The translations under genes and the position numbers were made by a program. 64,000 bases of DNA from Endomicrobiia bacterium. Its GTDB lineage: Bacteria; Elusimicrobiota; Endomicrobiia; DTEH01. The stretch is taken from NCBI GenBank assembly GCA_039630545.1, contig JBCNUU010000001.1:203175-267174 (forward strand). The letters are read 5' to 3'. The notes under the pieces are model-generated. The model worked only from the letters and a program-made list of their open reading frames with translations. It had not been told where the DNA came from and searched no databases. Shown piece after piece: positions 52,545 to 61,985 of the stretch; position 1 is the first letter of the stretch; the number at the start of each line of letters is the position of its first letter.

Positions 52545-53678
52545 ATGTCAAACTTTTTGTTGTATTTTAAAGATAAAGATATAGTTAAAAAAGAACTGGA
52601 AAAAATCTGCAAGTTAGCACAAAATCTTCAAAAGGACTACTGCTTTATGGAGGTTTGTGGTACTCACACTATGCAGATTTCAAAATACGGTATAAGGAAA
52701 CTTTTACCTAAAAATATAAAATTGATCTCTGGCCCCGGATGTCCTGTGTGTGTTACATCTTTAGAGTTTATAGATAAAGCAATCTATATTGCCAGAAATT
52801 TTAATAATGTGATAATAGCTACTTTTGGAGATTTATTTAGAGTTCCTGGAAGCGAAAGTAGTTTAGAAAAAGAAAAAGCCGAAGGCAAAGACATAAGAAT
52901 TTTATATTCACCATATGAAGTGTTAACTTTAGCAAAAGAGAATTTAAATAAAAATGTGGTTTTTCTATCAATAGGTTTTGAAACAACAATGCCTGCTGTT
53001 GCCTGGGTAATAAAAGATGCTAAAAGACAAAATATTAAAAACTTATCTTTTTTAATCGGTAATAAATTTTTTTTAGTTGGTTTAGAGGCATTGGTTCTTT
53101 TAAGCAGGAAATTTTTAGCGTCGTTTATTACAACGAATTCTTCAATTGATGGGTTTATATTACCAGGAAATTTGTCTGTGATAGTTGGCGAAAAGTCATA
53201 TATGTGGATGGTTGAAAAATATAAAATTCCTTCTGTTATTACTGGTTTTGAACCCGTGGATATTGTAATGGGTATAAGGTTGCTGTTAGAGATGATATAT
53301 TATGATGTCCCAGAAGTTAAAAATGAGTACAAAAGGGTAGTTACTTATGAAGGAAATTTATTTGCAAAAAATTTAATAAATGAAGTTTTTGAAACATCTA
53401 CTGGGAAATGGCGTGGTATTGGTTTGATTGCTTCTTCGGCAGCAAAACTAAAAAAAGAATTTGAAGAATTTGACGCAGAAAAAAAATTTGAAATACCAGA
53501 TATAAAAGTTTCTAATGAATTTTCTGAATGTAGATGTAATGAAGTGCTGATAGGAAAGATTACTCCATTAGAATGTACTTTGTTTGGTAAAGTCTGCACT
53601 CCAGAAAATCCTAAAGGTGCTTGTATGGTTTCGTCTGAAGGAGCATGCAGTGCATATTATAAATACGAAATGGTATAA
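52545..53678 (+). CDS. hypD: Hydrogenase maturation protein HypD
   Basis: MEVCGTHT, GPGCPVC, GFETT, GFEP.D, C-terminal Cys cluster and CMVSSEGAC. Confidence 0.96.
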   Translation: MSNFLLYFKDKDIVKKELEKICKLAQNLQKDYCFMEVCGTHTMQISKYGIRKLLPKNIKLISGPGCPVCVTSLEFIDKAIYIARNFNNVIIATFGDLFRVPGSESSLEKEKAEGKDIRILYSPYEVLTLAKENLNKNVVFLSIGFETTMPAVAWVIKDAKRQNIKNLSFLIGNKFFLVGLEALVLLSRKFLASFITTNSSIDGFILPGNLSVIVGEKSYMWMVEKYKIPSVITGFEPVDIVMGIRLLLEMIYYDVPEVKNEYKRVVTYEGNLFAKNLINEVFETSTGKWRGIGLIASSAAKLKKEFEEFDAEKKFEIPDIKVSNEFSECRCNEVLIGKITPLECTLFGKVCTPENPKGACMVSSEGACSAYYKYEMV

Positions 53679-53682
53679 AATC

Positions 53683-54705
53683 ATGAAATCAAATAAAATA
53701 CTGCTTTCTTACGGTTCTGGAGGCAAGTATACCAGAGAATTTTTACAAGACTACATATTAAAACATTTTGACAACCAGATTCTCAACCTTCTGTTAGATT
53801 CTGCAGTATTAAACTTTCAACAGGAGAGGTTGGCTTTTAGTATTGATAGTTATACAGTTACACCTATATTTTTCCCTGGAGGAGATATTGGTAAACTTAG
53901 TATATGTGGCACAATTAATGATCTACTTTGTGTTGGAGCTGATCCAGAGTTTATAGGAGTTTCTTTAATAATAGAGGAAGGAATTGAAACAGAAACTATA
54001 GAAAAAATTTTATTATCTATAAAAGAAGTTTCTCAAAAGGAGAATGTTTTAATAGTCACGGGAGATACGAAAGTAGTTGAAGTTGGAAGCTGTGATAAAA
54101 TTTTTATTACTACAGCAGGTATAGGAAGAATTAAAAAAAATCTGAAATTTTCTTATGGCAGAATTGAAGAAGGTGATGTAATAATTATTACAGGAAATAT
54201 AGCAGAACATGGTATAGCTTTATTGTTGGCTCGCGGAGCATATGGTTTTGAATATAACATTCAAAGCGACTGTGCTTCTTTAAAATCTTTGTTTAAAGAT
54301 ATATTTAATAATGAAAACATAGCTTCTCATATAAAATTCTTAAGAGATCCTACTCGTGGTGGAATATCCAGTGCTCTAAATGAAATTTTAATGTATAGAG
54401 AAGATATAGGTTTTGAAGTTTATGAAGAAAAAGTTCCAATTTCTGAAAATGTTAGATACATCTGTGAATTGCTTAGTATAGATCCATTTGATGTTGCAAA
54501 CGAGGGAAAAATGATATTAATAGTTTCTAAAAATAAATCTGAAGAAATTCTTGAGGTTCTAAGAAAACACCCGTTAGGAAAAAACGCAGCAATTATAGGA
54601 GAAGTTGTTTCTGTAAATAAAGGTAAAGTTTTGCTTAATACCATCTATGGCAGCAAAAGGATTCTAGATATGCCAGTAGGTGAAGGACTTCCACGAATAT
54701 GTTAA
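53683..54705 (+). CDS. hypE: Hydrogenase maturation carbamoyl dehydratase HypE
   Basis: GSGG, DSYTVTPIFFPGGDIGKL..CGT.NDL, GDTKVV, RDPTRGG, C-terminal LPRIC; ATG 53683 preferred. Confidence 0.96.
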   Translation: MKSNKILLSYGSGGKYTREFLQDYILKHFDNQILNLLLDSAVLNFQQERLAFSIDSYTVTPIFFPGGDIGKLSICGTINDLLCVGADPEFIGVSLIIEEGIETETIEKILLSIKEVSQKENVLIVTGDTKVVEVGSCDKIFITTAGIGRIKKNLKFSYGRIEEGDVIIITGNIAEHGIALLLARGAYGFEYNIQSDCASLKSLFKDIFNNENIASHIKFLRDPTRGGISSALNEILMYREDIGFEVYEEKVPISENVRYICELLSIDPFDVANEGKMILIVSKNKSEEILEVLRKHPLGKNAAIIGEVVSVNKGKVLLNTIYGSKRILDMPVGEGLPRIC

Positions 54706-55033
54706 CAGAAAAAAATTTTAATTAGTTAGTGCTTCTCTTTTAGGTGTAAGCTGTAAGTATGATGTGAAAAATAATAAGAAAAATCTGGCATGTAGATAAA
54801 GATGGAATGGATATGTTAAATAAAAAAGCTAGGTTAAATTGGGTAATTCTACAAATGAAGAAATTACAGATAAAATATTAAGTTGTTGTATAGACATTGG
54901 GGATTTGATCTGTAGTTTAAAAATAAAAAAAGCACTCTTAAAAGATTGAAATCCAAGTTGTGGTGTTAATTATGTTTATCAGAACCAAAAAGTAAAAGGT
55001 TGCGGATTATTTAGTAGCTATTTAAAAATTTAA
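54699..55033 (+). pseudogene. Degraded DUF523 (TudS, 2-thiouracil desulfidase family) gene
   Basis: Broken frames read LVSASLLGVSCKYD ... ITDKIL ... KALLKD*NPSCG...KGCGLF, matching the family pattern VSACLLG..CRYDG / ILK..SPSCG / G.G; internal stops and frameshifts. Confidence 0.7.
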
Positions 55034-55053
55034 TTTAGAAATTTTTTCTGAAA

Positions 55054-55785
55054 ATGAATTTTAAGTTATTTTTAATATTTATATTTCTTTTTGTTATAAA
55101 CTGTAATAAAATTTTATCTGAAAAAGACAAGGGGCAAAATATGAACAATTTTGATGAATTTTATCAAAAAAGATTACAGATGGTTGAATATCAACTTAAA
55201 GCCAGGGACATAGTAGACAAAAAAGTTTTAGATGCTATGATGAAAGTAGAAAGACATAAGTTTGTGCCAAAAGAATATCAAAGTTTTGCCTATATTGATG
55301 AACCCTTACCTATAGGTTATAACCAGACAATTTCACAGCCTTACATAGTAGCGTTGATGACTCAATTGTTGGAGCTTAAAGGCACAGAAAAAGTTTTAGA
55401 AATAGGTACTGGTTCAGGATATCAGGCTGCTATTTTGGCTGAAATTGTAAAAGAGGTTTATACCATAGAGATAATTCCTCAATTAGCTAATAGAGCTGAG
55501 AAATTATTAAAAGAGTTAGGTTATACTAACATTTTTATAAAAGTTGGCGATGGATATTTAGGATGGCCAGAGCATGCTCCTTTTGATGGTATAATAGTTA
55601 CTTGTGCACCAGATCATATACCTCAACCTTTAATAGATCAACTCAAAGATGGAGGTAAAATGGTAATTCCTGTAGGAGATATCTATCAAGAACTGGTAGT
55701 AGTTGAGAAGCAAAAAGATAAAATTATAAAAAGAAATGTTATTCCTGTGAGATTCGTACCAATGTTAAGAGAAAAGCAAAAATAG
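55054..55785 (+). CDS. pcm: Protein-L-isoaspartate O-methyltransferase
   Basis: PLPIGYNQTISQPYIVA, VLEIGTGSGYQAA, GDGYLGWPEHAPFD, VRFVPM. Confidence 0.95.
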   Translation: MNFKLFLIFIFLFVINCNKILSEKDKGQNMNNFDEFYQKRLQMVEYQLKARDIVDKKVLDAMMKVERHKFVPKEYQSFAYIDEPLPIGYNQTISQPYIVALMTQLLELKGTEKVLEIGTGSGYQAAILAEIVKEVYTIEIIPQLANRAEKLLKELGYTNIFIKVGDGYLGWPEHAPFDGIIVTCAPDHIPQPLIDQLKDGGKMVIPVGDIYQELVVVEKQKDKIIKRNVIPVRFVPMLREKQK

Positions 55786-55796
55786 AAATATTACAA

Positions 55797-56813
55797 ATGA
55801 AAATAATTAATCTTGAAAAAAATAAAAGAAATTTTGAAAAAAAACTTTTAGCAGCTGTAAAAGCTATAAAAAATGGGGATTTAGTTGTTATACCCACAGA
55901 AACAGTATATGGTTTAGCAGCTGATTGTTTTAATGTAAAAGCTGTCAATAAAATTTTCCTAGCAAAAAGACGACCATATAATGATCCTCTCATTGTACAT
56001 ATAAGTGATATTTCACATCTCGACTTATTAGTTGAAAAAGTGGATACAAGAGTAAAAAAAATAATAGACATCTTTTGGCCCGGACCATTGACGTTGGTAT
56101 TAAAAAAGAAAAAACAGGTTCCTGATATAGTAACAGCTTGTTTAGATACGGTAGCTGTAAGGATGCCAGAGGAAGAAATTACAAGAAAATTTATATCTCT
56201 TTGTGAAGTTCCCTTAGCAGCACCTTCTGCAAATATTTTTGGAAGGACCTCTTCTACTTTGCTTTCTCATATAATTGAAGATTTTAAAAATCAAAAAGAC
56301 ATAAAATATGTTATTTATAATGGAAAGCCCAAATATGGAATAGAATCTACTATTTTAGATTGTACAAGTTATCCATTTAAGGTTTTGCGATACGGGGCAT
56401 TAGAGATAGAAAAAATAGTTGCAAAAACTCATTTTAAAATTTTAGAAACGAACAAAATAACTACTAAAAAAATAGCACCAGGAATGTATAAAAAACATTA
56501 TGCTCCATTAAAAAATACCTTTGTAGTTAAAAATTTAATTGAGTATTTAAGGAAAAATAAAAATAATCAAAATAAAATTGTTATATGTAGCAACAAAACA
56601 TCTTTAAATATAAGAAAATTTGATAAAAACATAATGACGATTCCTTATGGTGATACTCTTAAAGACATTTCTAAAAATTTATATTTGTGTTTAAGATTAG
56701 CAGACAATATAGAGGGTGAAACTATTTTAATAGAACCAGTAGAAAACAAAGGCCTAGGTAAGGCAATTATGGATAGAATAATAAAAGCTTCTTCAGGGAA
56801 ATGGATTGAGTAA
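55797..56813 (+). CDS. sua5: Threonylcarbamoyl-AMP synthase (Sua5-type TsaC)
   Basis: PTETVYGL, KRRP..DPLIVH, FWPGPLT, AAPSAN, GIESTI, APGM..KHYAP, C-terminal Sua5 domain. Confidence 0.93.
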   Translation: MKIINLEKNKRNFEKKLLAAVKAIKNGDLVVIPTETVYGLAADCFNVKAVNKIFLAKRRPYNDPLIVHISDISHLDLLVEKVDTRVKKIIDIFWPGPLTLVLKKKKQVPDIVTACLDTVAVRMPEEEITRKFISLCEVPLAAPSANIFGRTSSTLLSHIIEDFKNQKDIKYVIYNGKPKYGIESTILDCTSYPFKVLRYGALEIEKIVAKTHFKILETNKITTKKIAPGMYKKHYAPLKNTFVVKNLIEYLRKNKNNQNKIVICSNKTSLNIRKFDKNIMTIPYGDTLKDISKNLYLCLRLADNIEGETILIEPVENKGLGKAIMDRIIKASSGKWIE

Positions 56814-56815
56814 AT

Positions 56816-58150
56816 ATGAAAAAATTTTTTTATGTAATAATTGCTGTAAACATATCTTTTTGTAAAGAACTAACATTTGAAAAATTGATTTCTTCTTATG
56901 TTTTTGTTTCTCAGAGAAAATATCCATATTATATAATAATTGATGAAAAAAATAATATACAACAATTCTTTATAGAAAGTAAAGATTGGACTGACAAAAT
57001 TTATGGTTACGGAGGGCCTATTAATCTTCAGATTTATTTTTCTACTGATGGGAAGATCAAAAAAATAAATGTTCTTGAACATTACGAAACTAAAGAATTT
57101 GCTGAAAAAGTATTTACAGAAGAATTTTTGTCTCAATATTATCTAAAAAATATTCATGATAAGTTTGTTTTAGGAAAAGACATAAAAGCAATAAGTGGCG
57201 CTACAATAAGCTGTAACGCTGTAAACGAAATCATATATCAATGTGTAAAAAATGTTAATGAATATATTTTTAAGAAACAACTTATAAAATCCACTTTAAA
57301 ACTGCCAAAAAAAGAGATCATAAATAGTTTATTGTTTTTAGTTTTATTCTCTGGTTCAGTGGTAGGTTATATTCTAAATATAAATTTAAGGACAACAATA
57401 ATGTTAATTTCACTTATATTTTTAGGATTTTTTTATTATGGTGGTTTATCATTTGATCATATAAGAAATTTAGTTTTTTTAAATTTTCCTTTTTTTGGGA
57501 ATTTATTTTTTTGGTTTTTTATTTTACTTGTGTTATTCAGTGTGGTATTTTTTGGAAGATTATATTGTGGATGGTTGTGTCCTTTTGGTTCTTTAACTGA
57601 ATTTTTATTTAGAATTAAAAAATTTTTAGAGATAAAATATAAAAAAAGTTTAGGTAAAGAAATAGAAATTGAGTTGATAGAAGACAATTTAATTGTAAAA
57701 AATTTAAGAAAGTTTGAAAAGTATTATAGATATGGAAAATATATCATAGCTTTTGTAATTTTGCTTTTTCCTACAATGATTTTTTTAGAACCATTTCAGT
57801 ATACATTTGTAATTTATAGAAGCAAGATAAAAGAAATAACTTATCTGATATTTATACTGGTTATGTGTATAATGTTTATAAGAATATGGTGTAGATACTT
57901 ATGTCCTTTAGGAGGCTCTTTAGCATTATTTTCTAAAATTTCTTTATTCAGGTTAAGAATAAAAAACGAAATTTGTCTTAGATGTGAAATTTGTAAAGTT
58001 GTTTGTCCCATGAATGCAATAGTAGAGCGTGATAATAAGTTAAAAATAATTCATAATGAATGCATTTTGTGTAATATTTGTAGGAAATCCTGTGGACCAC
58101 GGGCAGTTGCTATGCACTTTTTGTTAAAGGAAAGAAAAAAGTTGAAATAG
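56816..58150 (+). CDS. NosR/NirI/PceC-like membrane protein: FMN-binding domain + TM domain + 4Fe-4S
   Basis: GYGGPI, ISGATIS flavinylation motif, GRLYCGWLCPFG, RIWCRYLCPLG, two CxxCxxCxxxC ferredoxin motifs. Confidence 0.88.
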   Translation: MKKFFYVIIAVNISFCKELTFEKLISSYVFVSQRKYPYYIIIDEKNNIQQFFIESKDWTDKIYGYGGPINLQIYFSTDGKIKKINVLEHYETKEFAEKVFTEEFLSQYYLKNIHDKFVLGKDIKAISGATISCNAVNEIIYQCVKNVNEYIFKKQLIKSTLKLPKKEIINSLLFLVLFSGSVVGYILNINLRTTIMLISLIFLGFFYYGGLSFDHIRNLVFLNFPFFGNLFFWFFILLVLFSVVFFGRLYCGWLCPFGSLTEFLFRIKKFLEIKYKKSLGKEIEIELIEDNLIVKNLRKFEKYYRYGKYIIAFVILLFPTMIFLEPFQYTFVIYRSKIKEITYLIFILVMCIMFIRIWCRYLCPLGGSLALFSKISLFRLRIKNEICLRCEICKVVCPMNAIVERDNKLKIIHNECILCNICRKSCGPRAVAMHFLLKERKKLK

Positions 58151-58211
58151 ATATAAAAATTTTATAATTTTGAAAAATAAATAATATTTATTAACAAGGA
58201 GGAAGTAATTT

Positions 58212-58964
58212 ATGTCAGGACATTCTCGTTGGGCTGGTATAAAGCACAGAAAAATGGCTCAGGATGCCAAAAGAGGTAAGTTGTTTACAAAAATTATAAG
58301 AGAACTCACAATTGCTGCAAGACAAGGAGGAGGTAATCCAGAAAATAATGCAAGATTGCGTAAAGCTATAGAAATGGCAAAAGAGGCAAATATGCCTCAA
58401 GAGAATATTAAAAAGGCTATAATGCGTGGAACTGGTGAGTTACCTGGTGCAGTATACGAGGAAGTAGTTTATGAAGGATATGGTCCAGGAGGAGTGGCTG
58501 TAATAGTAGAAGCCACAACTGATAACAAAAATAGAACCACAGCTGAAATAAGAAAAATTTTTAATCAATATGGTGGTTCCTTAGGAGAAAGCGGATGTGT
58601 AGCCTGGAATTTTGAACAGAAAGGATACATTACTATAAACAAAACAAATGCCCAGGAAGATGAATTAATGGCTTTAGCTTTAGAAATAGGTGCTGAAGAT
58701 TTTAAAAGTGATGACGAAGAAGTCTATGAGATAATTACTTCTGTAGATAGCTTTGAAAATATAAAACAAGAGCTACAAAAAAAATATACTCTGCAGCAAT
58801 CTGAAATCACGATGTTGCCCAAAACATATGTAAAGCTTGCTGGGAAGGAAGCAGAACAAATTCTGCAACTTATGGATGCCTTAGAAGATCATGATGATGT
58901 AAAAAATGTATATGCAAATTTTGATGTCCCAAAAGAGATATTGGAGAAAATAGAGACAAAATAA
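58212..58964 (+). CDS. yebC: YebC/PmpR family protein
   Basis: MSGHSRWAGIKHRK, YEGYGPGG, TDNKNRT, LEDHDDVKNVYAN; SD AAGGAGG. Confidence 0.97.
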   Translation: MSGHSRWAGIKHRKMAQDAKRGKLFTKIIRELTIAARQGGGNPENNARLRKAIEMAKEANMPQENIKKAIMRGTGELPGAVYEEVVYEGYGPGGVAVIVEATTDNKNRTTAEIRKIFNQYGGSLGESGCVAWNFEQKGYITINKTNAQEDELMALALEIGAEDFKSDDEEVYEIITSVDSFENIKQELQKKYTLQQSEITMLPKTYVKLAGKEAEQILQLMDALEDHDDVKNVYANFDVPKEILEKIETK

Positions 58965-58966
58965 AC

Positions 58967-59458
58967 ATGCGAGTATTAGGGATAGATCCTGGATTGTCAA
59001 AATGTGGTTGGGCGATACTTGAAGAGAGCTTAAGTAAAAATTACAATCTTTTAAGTTATGGAGAGATTACAACAGAACCTCAAAATAAGTTTTGTATTTC
59101 TGAAAGATTAAAAAAAATTTTTTTAGAATTAAAAAAAATTATTAAAAAGTACAAACCAGAAATTGTCTGTATAGAATCACAATTCTATTCAAAAATTTCT
59201 AAAAATATGATCAATACCTATTTTGCTACAAGTATTATTTATCTTGTTTGTAGTTTATATAATATTAAATTAAAAGAATTTTCAGCAAAAACAGTAAAAA
59301 TGGCTGTATCAGGATATGGTTCTGCTTCGAAATTTCAAGTAAAGAAAATGGTAGAAATATTGTTGCCAGATGTACCTAGGATAAATTCAGAACACATAAA
59401 TGATGCAATAGCAGTAGCATTATGTTTTTTTAATACTAACAGAGAGCTATATGTATAG
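58967..59458 (+). CDS. ruvC: Holliday junction resolvase RuvC
   Basis: LGIDPG, IE, VK.AVSGYG.A.K.QV, DAIAVA. Confidence 0.93.
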   Translation: MRVLGIDPGLSKCGWAILEESLSKNYNLLSYGEITTEPQNKFCISERLKKIFLELKKIIKKYKPEIVCIESQFYSKISKNMINTYFATSIIYLVCSLYNIKLKEFSAKTVKMAVSGYGSASKFQVKKMVEILLPDVPRINSEHINDAIAVALCFFNTNRELYV

Positions 59459-60080
59459 TTACATTGAAGGTAAAGTAGTAGAAAAAGATTTAAAAAAAAA
59501 TATATGCGTAGTAGATGTAAATGGTATAGGCTACGAAATAACAACCTCTGAGGTTACTTTAAATGAAATCGAAGTTTATCAGAAGATAAAATTTTATCTT
59601 GTAGAAATATCAGGAGGTTTATACAGTGGAGGTTTGCCTGCATTATATGGCTTTCTTTCTCAAGAAGAAAAAGAGATATTTCTTGCATTTAAGGATAGAC
59701 TTTCTAATGTGGGTCCTAAAAAAGCATTAGAATATCTTGATAAGGTAAAAAAAAATATTACCCAATTTAAAATAGCAATAACAAATAAAAATACAAAAAT
59801 TTTAACCTCATTGTTTGGTTTTAAACAATCATCTGCAGAAAAAATTATAGCCGCGTTAAGTAATTTAGAGTTATTTTCGAAAAAAGAATCTTTGCCTGAA
59901 GGTATAAATATAGACATTTATACAGATTTGGTTTCTGCTTTAGTAAACTTAGGGTATAAAGAACAGCAAGTAAAAAATGTGGTGGAAAAAATTTTAATTG
60001 AAAAAAAGATACAACCTAAAGAAGAACTAACAGGTATTCAGTCTCTTATACAAACAGCGCTTAAGGAATTATCTAAATGA
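59451..60080 (+). CDS. ruvA: Holliday junction branch migration protein RuvA
   Basis: [20 protein letters not shown]...EEKEIF, VGPKKA, ALVNLGY; between ruvC and ruvB. Confidence 0.9.
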   Translation: MYSYIEGKVVEKDLKKNICVVDVNGIGYEITTSEVTLNEIEVYQKIKFYLVEISGGLYSGGLPALYGFLSQEEKEIFLAFKDRLSNVGPKKALEYLDKVKKNITQFKIAITNKNTKILTSLFGFKQSSAEKIIAALSNLELFSKKESLPEGINIDIYTDLVSALVNLGYKEQQVKNVVEKILIEKKIQPKEELTGIQSLIQTALKELSK

Positions 60081-61093
60081 AAGAAAGAATATCTACTTTA
60101 GGAAGACTGCCTCAAGAAAAAGAGTTAGAAATTACTCTTAGACCTAAAACTTTAGATGAATTTATAGGTCAGGAAAAGTTAAAAGAAAATCTTAAAGTTT
60201 TTATAGAATCAGCTAAAAAAAGAAATGTATCACTTGACCATTGCCTTTTTTGTGGTCCTCCTGGTTGTGGGAAAACAACTTTAGCTCATATTATTGCTTA
60301 TGAATTTAGAACAAACATAAAAGTCACTTCCGGGCCTGCATTAGAAAAAACAGGAGATTTAGCTGCCATACTTACAAATTTACAATTTCAGGACATTCTT
60401 TTTATAGATGAAATTCATAGACTAAATCATATTGTAGAAGAAGCACTTTATCCTGTAATGGAAGAGTTTAAATTTGACATAGTAGTAGGTCAAGGTCCTA
60501 ATGCTAAAATTGTAAGACTGCCTATTTCAAATTTTACTCTTGTAGGAGCTACGACAAGAAGTGGTTTACTCTCAAGTCCATTTAGAGCAAGATTTGGGAT
60601 TGTTGAAAACTTGACTTTCTATTCAGTTGAAGAACTTCAAAAAATTGTGTTGCGTTCTGCAAAAATTTTAGGAATCAAAATAGATGAAAATGCAAGTTAT
60701 GAAATAGCAAAACGTTCAAGGGGTACCCCAAGGATTGCCAATAGACTTTTAAGTCGTGTTAGAGATTTTGCTGTAGTTAAATCTGATGGTAACATAACAC
60801 TTGATATCACTCTTTCCACAATGCACTCATTAGGAATAGATGAATGTGGATTAGATGAAATGGATAGAAAAATTTTGCTTACAATAATAGAAAAATTTAA
60901 CGGAGGTCCTGTAGGAATTGATACAATTTCAGTAGCTATAAATGAAGAAATTGACACAATTACTGATGTATATGAGCCATATTTAATTCAAGCAGGTTTT
61001 TTACAAAGAACCCCTAGAGGACGAATTGCTACTGAGAAGGCCTACAAGCATCTTGGAATAAAATATATAAAATCACATCCAGAACTATTCTAA
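60077..61093 (+). CDS. ruvB: Holliday junction branch migration helicase RuvB
   Basis: [60 protein letters not shown]. Confidence 0.98.
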   Translation: MKERISTLGRLPQEKELEITLRPKTLDEFIGQEKLKENLKVFIESAKKRNVSLDHCLFCGPPGCGKTTLAHIIAYEFRTNIKVTSGPALEKTGDLAAILTNLQFQDILFIDEIHRLNHIVEEALYPVMEEFKFDIVVGQGPNAKIVRLPISNFTLVGATTRSGLLSSPFRARFGIVENLTFYSVEELQKIVLRSAKILGIKIDENASYEIAKRSRGTPRIANRLLSRVRDFAVVKSDGNITLDITLSTMHSLGIDECGLDEMDRKILLTIIEKFNGGPVGIDTISVAINEEIDTITDVYEPYLIQAGFLQRTPRGRIATEKAYKHLGIKYIKSHPELF

Positions 61094-61103
61094 ATATAAA
61101 TTA

Positions 61104-61985
61104 ATGAGAGAAATAATTATATTAACCTCAAGACATTGTTGGGAATATAATACTGTTGGTCATCCCGAGGCTCCTTTTAGAGTAAAAAATACTTATGAGT
61201 ATTTATTTAAAAAACAAGACGAAATTGGAATAAAAATTATAGAAATCAATAATGAAATAGATGAAGATATTTTGCTGTTGACTCATACAAAAGATCTTAT
61301 TGAACAAGTAAAAAATGGAAGTTTTTACGATCCAGATACTCCAAATTTAGATGGTATATTTTTTTATGCAAAACTAGCAGCAAATATAGCTTTAGAAGCT
61401 TTAAAACTTAGCTTAAATAGAAAGATTACTTTTGCACTTGTGCGTCCTCCGGGGCATCATGCTTCTTATGGTTCTTTAGGTGGATTTTGTTATTTTAACA
61501 ATATTGCCTGCGCAATAAATTATTATCTTAATTCAAATCCTAATTATAAAAAAGCATCAATACTTGATATTGATGCGCATCATGGCAATGGTACACAGGA
61601 TATATTTTTAAACAATGATAAAGTCTTATTTGTTTCCTTACATCAAGCTTATATCTATCCTGGAACTGGATTAAAGTCTGAGAAGAATTGTATTAATTTT
61701 CCTTTACTGGAAGGAACATCTGATATTGAATATCTTCAGGTATTAGAAAAAGCTTTATATGAAATTAAGAAATTTAAACCCGATATTCTTGGAGTTTCAT
61801 GTGGATTTGATACTTTTAAAGGAGATCCACTTGCTAATTTGTTGTTAAGCAAAAGTTGTTATTTCTATATAGGCAAAAAAATAGCACAACTACAACTGCC
61901 TACATTTTGTGTTTTGGAAGGTGGCTACTCAAAAGAATTACCTTATCTCGTTGAAGAGTTTCTAAAAGGTCTGAAAGAGCAATGA
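61104..61985 (+). CDS. Zn-dependent histone deacetylase superfamily protein (AcuC/APAH-like)
   Basis: GHPE, RPPGHHA, GFCYFNN, DIDAHHGNGTQ, SLHQ, YPGTG, GFD, LEGGY. Confidence 0.93.
   Translation: MREIIILTSRHCWEYNTVGHPEAPFRVKNTYEYLFKKQDEIGIKIIEINNEIDEDILLLTHTKDLIEQVKNGSFYDPDTPNLDGIFFYAKLAANIALEALKLSLNRKITFALVRPPGHHASYGSLGGFCYFNNIACAINYYLNSNPNYKKASILDIDAHHGNGTQDIFLNNDKVLFVSLHQAYIYPGTGLKSEKNCINFPLLEGTSDIEYLQVLEKALYEIKKFKPDILGVSCGFDTFKGDPLANLLLSKSCYFYIGKKIAQLQLPTFCVLEGGYSKELPYLVEEFLKGLKEQ

Noticed and set aside
54946..54948. In-frame TGA as selenocysteine or a recoded stop
   Set aside because: It lies in a multiply broken pseudogene, and TGA serves as a normal stop elsewhere (ychF, PHP, ruvA)
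444..60957. Many 60-170 aa ORFs antisense to or nested within long genes
   Set aside because: Shadow ORFs of well-supported CDSs, with no motifs or start signals
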